Origin: Phyllobates terribilis
Taxonomy: Eukaryota
DNA: 64,000 bases
NCBI RefSeq assembly: GCF_046119375.1
Contig: NW_027362765.1
Span: 231,508,001 to 231,572,000 of the forward strand
Reading direction: 5' to 3'
Shown: piece by piece, positions 59,727-64,000 of the stretch
How the letters are laid out: each line of letters begins with the position of its first letter
Position numbering within the stretch: position 1 is the stretch's first letter
Notes under the pieces: model-generated
What the model was told of the DNA's origin: nothing
Databases searched by the model: none
The model's input: only the letters and a program-made list of their open reading frames with translations
Translations under genes and position numbers: made by a program

Positions 59727-60281
59727 TAAATTACATTGGTTATTGTGTTGTCTGAGTTTTACCTAGACAGCACATGTCCATGTTATACACTTGTCCGAAT
59801 GAGCCTTTATTAAAAGCTTTGGCCCTTCACCATTTTTGTCAACTATGGAGCAGAAGTCCTAAGTGACTGCTCGGGGGGACTGGACTATGAGCTGCTTGGC
59901 TCTGGAAGTAGTAGTAGCCAGTCCATAAGCGAGTTAGCATTAGTGTTCATGGTTCTGGCTTCAGTAGGAAATTCTCCGATTAGCCAGCAGTGGTATGGTT
60001 TGTAGTCAGCCATCTTCCGATAGTAAACGTCACTTTGCTCTGCTTGCAATAGGTGGTCCACAGATGAAGGTTCTCCAGTATGCTTAGGATGCCTCATACT
60101 GATGGATTTTGTATAAATCCTTTTCTTAGTTTCAGGAGGATGACACCTAAGTGTTCAGATCGCAGCACATTCTCCCATGGTTCATCTTGGTACGTATGAC
60201 AGTGTCGCCCCTTTTTTCTGGACATGTCAATTCTACATGGTGTGAAGTCATCTGTTTCCTAAAAGACAGCCATGGGTGTCA

Positions 60282-60397
60282 TCACTCATACTTGCAGAAA
60301 TTCTTTAGTAGCTGCGGTAAGTCTAGCCAATCGATTGCCAGTCTATGGACCACATGCTTCTGGATCACTAAGCGGCACAGGGTCTGCAGGGAGGGAA
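60282..60397 (-). CDS. NEURL2: Neuralized-like 2 (Ozz), exon 2 (SOCS box)
   Basis: Acceptor tgtctcAG at 60399-98; (F)PSLQTLCRLVIQKHVVHRLAIDWLDLPQLLKNFCKYE-stop; AATAAA on - at 59811-59806. Missed by the ORF track. Confidence 0.95.
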
Positions 60398-60864
60398 CTG
60401 AGACAAAAATATCATGTCTAGATTATATCCTCGCCACATAAGTCATCACATATAAATACTCCATACATGAATAACATCTCCCATACTGCACATATGGACA
60501 TCATCATACAGAGAAATACAAGCCGAGCAGATTGATATATAGGTTTGTGGGAAAAGATTCAGTATAACCTGTATTTTATTAATTGAAATCCTGGTGTTTG
60601 CATCCATGAGTCCAGTGGGCGGTCCTACAGGTGATCGACATCTCTCTCTGCATGCACAGTCATACAGGGAAGACAGTCGATCACTGAATAGGACCGCCCA
60701 CTGGACTCATATATGCAAACACCAGGATTTCAATGAATAAAATACAAGTTTTACTGAATATTTTTCCATAAAAATGTATATCTAATCAGCTCCTCCTGCT
60801 CTATAATATCCTACCTGCAGATCAGACACCATTTTCCCATTTTCAACATGACAGGTTCCTTTAA

Positions 60865-61191
60865 AGGGAACCTGTCATGTAAAAAAAAAGCTATTAATCT
60901 GCAGATATGGGGTCAATCTGCAGGTTAATAGTGTTGTAAAGCTGCCTGGTGCCTGCACTGAGAGCCCCGCTGCCAGGGAAAAATGATCGGTATCCATCCC
61001 GACAGCCTCAGGCTTTAAGTCATGGAGGCTGGGCTGGCATGGCTTTAGCCACTGCTAAGTACATCGTGAGCGGCTGTAACCAAGCCCAGGCACTGACCGA
61101 CAGCAGGCTCTCCATTAGACTAGTCAGTTGCGGGGCATGGTTAACCCCATATATGCATGTTAATAGCGATTTTTAAAATGACAGGTTCCCT
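60865..61191. mobile_element. T2/Kolobok-type MITE in the NEURL2 intron, abutting a second MITE end
   Basis: TTAA 60861-64 and 61192-95; TIR agggaacctgtca / tgacaggttccct. Confidence 0.85.
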
Positions 61192-61725
61192 TTAATACAG
61201 ATCCATGGTCTGCATCACCATAAAATGCCATAGCCTGTAGCTCATTATATAACAAATTCAATGGTATCAGCATCATCTTGTAGTTTCATTTCTAAAATAG
61301 GTAGTATGACTTTACAGTATGTTAACCAAAAATCCTAGTAAGACCAGAAACTGCAAAAAAAAAAAAAATAGCTATTTCTGATGGTAGTTTGTTGGGACCC
61401 CCTAGCTAAAGGAAAGAGGTGTGAAGCTTTCGTAGATGACAAATCAAGTAATAAATCTTAGCCAGTCATTTGGAAATCTAGGGCAGGTTTGTCATTCCTA
61501 AAATTACTTGTCTGACGAAATACAAAATGATGTCTTCACCCGCCGTCCCAGATAGGGAGAGAAGAGCAGACTATAGCTAGATAGCGACAGTGAGCTAGTG
61601 TAAGGAAGATGTGACAAAGTGCAGGAATGTCTGCGGGAGAACTGCTCTGTCTTATTGGAAATCTCACCCCACCCCTAGATTACAGACCCCTAAACCCACA
61701 GCAGATGGCTGAATGTGATACATAC

Positions 61726-62407
61726 ATCCATATTCTAACTGGATCACCCGGACACTCTTGGTGGAGGCAAAGACGTCAATCACAGCATATAATGATTGAG
61801 ATGCTGGAATCCCACGAGCGCTGGCACCCATGTCTTCTCCATTAATGATGATGTGCATATGACCAGTGCCATCTGCCTGTGGCTCATACAGCACCCCGAT
61901 CCGGCTTCTGCGAGCAGTGGGTGGCAGAATATTGGTTTTGTACAAATCATCCAGGATATGACTGAAGCGACCAGGCCTACTACGGGCTATCAGTTTGTCT
62001 CGAGGAATTTTAAACTTGCCCACTTTCAGATAAGGGTCTGAGAGGTCTTTTCCCAACCTGGACATGTCCTCGTCTTCATCTTGCACCACCCTGTTGTGGT
62101 TCCGAGTGATGGCAAATATCCAGCTGTTCCCCTGGTTTACAAGGTCTGGTAGTGAATATTCTGGCAATATGTCCAAGCTGCGAGGATCTCGGGCCATAAG
62201 CCCAACTCTTAGGTGACCACACCAGCCCAATTCTTTTTCTTCAATTTCCACCAAGAACAGCTGCCCAGGGGCCAGTGGGTCTTGACTGAAGCAGATGCCA
62301 TTAGCAAAGCTTTCTACTCTGGTAGCTTGAGTGCCCGAAGGGTCGATGCGAACGTTTGTCCCATGGATAGTGTGGAAGCATGTAAATGGCTGGCCCTGCA
62401 CGGCCAT
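61726..62407 (-). CDS. NEURL2: Neuralized-like 2 (Ozz), exon 1 (NHR domain); alternative in-frame ATGs at 62434 and 62506
   Basis: FHTIHGTNVRIDPSGTQATRVESFANGICFS...GWCGHLRVGL...DVFASTKSVRVIQLEYG; donor GTATGT at 61725 (phase 1); ATG 62407 has the best Kozak context (gcaATGg). Confidence 0.9.
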
Positions 62408-62445
62408 TGCTCTAGCACAGAGCTCAGATGACATGCAGCCTGATG

Positions 62446-62586
62446 CTATTTTTAAAAAGGCTATGACTTGTCCTGAGACAGCTGCCGTGGTGTGGTGGAG
62501 AGCCATTTAGGGGACGCGGAGCTGCCCAACACCTATGCTATCTCTTATTACAAGAAGTAGTGTGGACTCTATCAGTAGAACAGCTG
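62446..62586 (-). promoter_or_regulatory. Muscle-type proximal promoter module of NEURL2 (MEF2 site plus two E-boxes)
   Basis: ctatttttaa (62446-55) fits MEF2 YTAWWWWTAR; CAGCTG at 62479-84 and 62581-86. Confidence 0.5.
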
Positions 62587-63009
62587 AAACCTGCTAGCTT
62601 GTGCAGTAAGCAGTCTGCGATCTCTGACATCTGCTCTATGTACAAGCTTAGCTACTCGATCACTATTAACACTACAGATAAGCCCTAAAAATCCTGTGAA
62701 AGAGTTTTTTGGGGGTAAGACTATGTTCACACTAAGGTTTTTTTGGAGTTTTTTTTAGAGTACCTGCTGCAAAATGCTCCTCAAAAAATCGACTCAAAAA
62801 GGCAAGGATACGTTTTTCTATTCATGTCTATGAGAATTCTATTTATGTGCACACAGAGTCTTTTTCAGGCAAATTCCGCCAAGAATTCACCTGAAAAAGC
62901 GTCATGAAAGCGCCCCATAAAATTAACACAGTAGATAGCAATATCAAAACGACATTCCTGTGCATATGTCCCTTCTTATGTTCCAAAACCAGGAGTGGAG
63001 GAAAAGTAT

Positions 63010-63350
63010 TAGGGCTCGCTCAGACTGGTGTATAGCCAGCGTATAATTCGGATTAGTGCTATCTGATATTTCATCGGACAGCACTCTGCCCAATCTTATA
63101 CCATGGAGCAGTGCCGACTAGTATTTACTTTCTCATGCCGAGTCGGTGCATGCTGCGATTGGCAGCGTATATCAGACGGCGCATACCCATACAAGTCTAT
63201 GGGCAAAACACCGGGCTGAAGTCAGATGTCATCCGAGTGCAGTGCTATTACTCCAGATGCCAGCAATGAAGGAGATGGAGAAATTACTTTCTCCATCTCC
63301 CCCACAGCTGTGCCAAGTGTCATTATCATATTGCATCAGATGCTGTACGC
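63010..63350. mobile_element. Harbinger-like MITE (related end at ~58560-58862)
   Basis: tagggctcgctca start; inverted counterpart tgagcgagccc at 58850-60; shared gatgacatccgagtg / gatgtcatccgagtg core. Confidence 0.55.
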
Positions 63351-64000
63351 TAATGTGACCCCGGCCTAATAGAAACACTTCTGTATTTATCACCCACTCC
63401 TGGTTTTGGCCTACAAATACTGATGTAAAAAACTCACCCAATACTAAACGTGGGCACGTGGCCTAACTCATAGACACCCTAATTCATTTGTGGAGTTTAT
63501 CAAGTGTTGATGCATTTTTATCATATTTTCTTCTGCGCAATTTTGTCACAAAACCTGAAGTTTCCTGACGCCAGTAAAGTGAATGCGATTCGTGAAGTCT
63601 CATGCACACGTTGCTTATTTTTTCTTTGCAGATATAAATCTGCAGCATGTCAATTCTTTCAGGATTTTGGTTGTAGATTTCACCCATACTAATGAGTGGG
63701 GAAAAATCAGCACCAACAACGTAGGTAAAAAAACCGCACATATTTTACACAGTGTTTTTCCTGCCAACACATCAAGATAAACAGCAGAATTTTCCGGAAC
63801 ATGTGCACATACCCTAAAGGGGTTTTGGAATTTTTTTGGGGAAGAAATATTGCATGTCACTTCTTTGAGGCATATCCTGATTGATTCCAAATTAAGCACT
63901 GCAAAGGTTGAAAAAAAAAACCTCCAAAACTCTGCAAAACTACAGTACTTCAGGAAAATAAAAACTCCTCCAAAGGGTGTGTGCACACAATGTTTTTAAG

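Noticed and set aside
62590-64000. CTSA first exons expected from synteny
   Set aside because: No signal-peptide or serine-carboxypeptidase sequence seen; the region is MITE-derived.

Overview
Vertebrate genomic DNA, most likely from a frog (inferred from the repeat set: TTAA-targeting T2/Kolobok-type MITEs, Tc1, hAT, L2, CR1 and Penelope-like elements). Six genes are recognisable from their protein motifs, in the order I recall from human 20q13.12: SNX21 (+, last exon only), ACOT8 (-, 6 exons, 317 aa, ends in peroxisomal SKL), ZSWIM3 (+, 2 coding exons), ZSWIM1 (+), a short SPATA25 orthologue (-) and NEURL2 (-, 2 exons). Introns and intergenic DNA are filled with transposons: DD34E, DD37E and DD38E Tc1/mariner elements, hAT MITEs with 8-bp TSDs, a decayed L2 LINE with a SINE sharing its tail, and a 28-bp minisatellite that explains the long spurious ORFs at 37.4-39.5 kb. 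The most unusual observations are: (1) two degenerate minimal hammerhead-ribozyme motifs of Penelope type, one inside a fold-back insertion flanked by a 15-bp direct repeat and one with an A3-U8 core swap; (2) a 28-bp micro-inversion that flips the start codon of an otherwise open DD38E transposase; (3) one overlapping bidirectional poly(A) motif between SNX21 and ACOT8; (4) a MEF2/E-box module arguing for a downstream NEURL2 start; (5) a candidate in-frame upstream coding mini-exon for ZSWIM1. Gene and family names come from recalled protein similarity, not from database searches. I do not see a wholly new multi-gene system.
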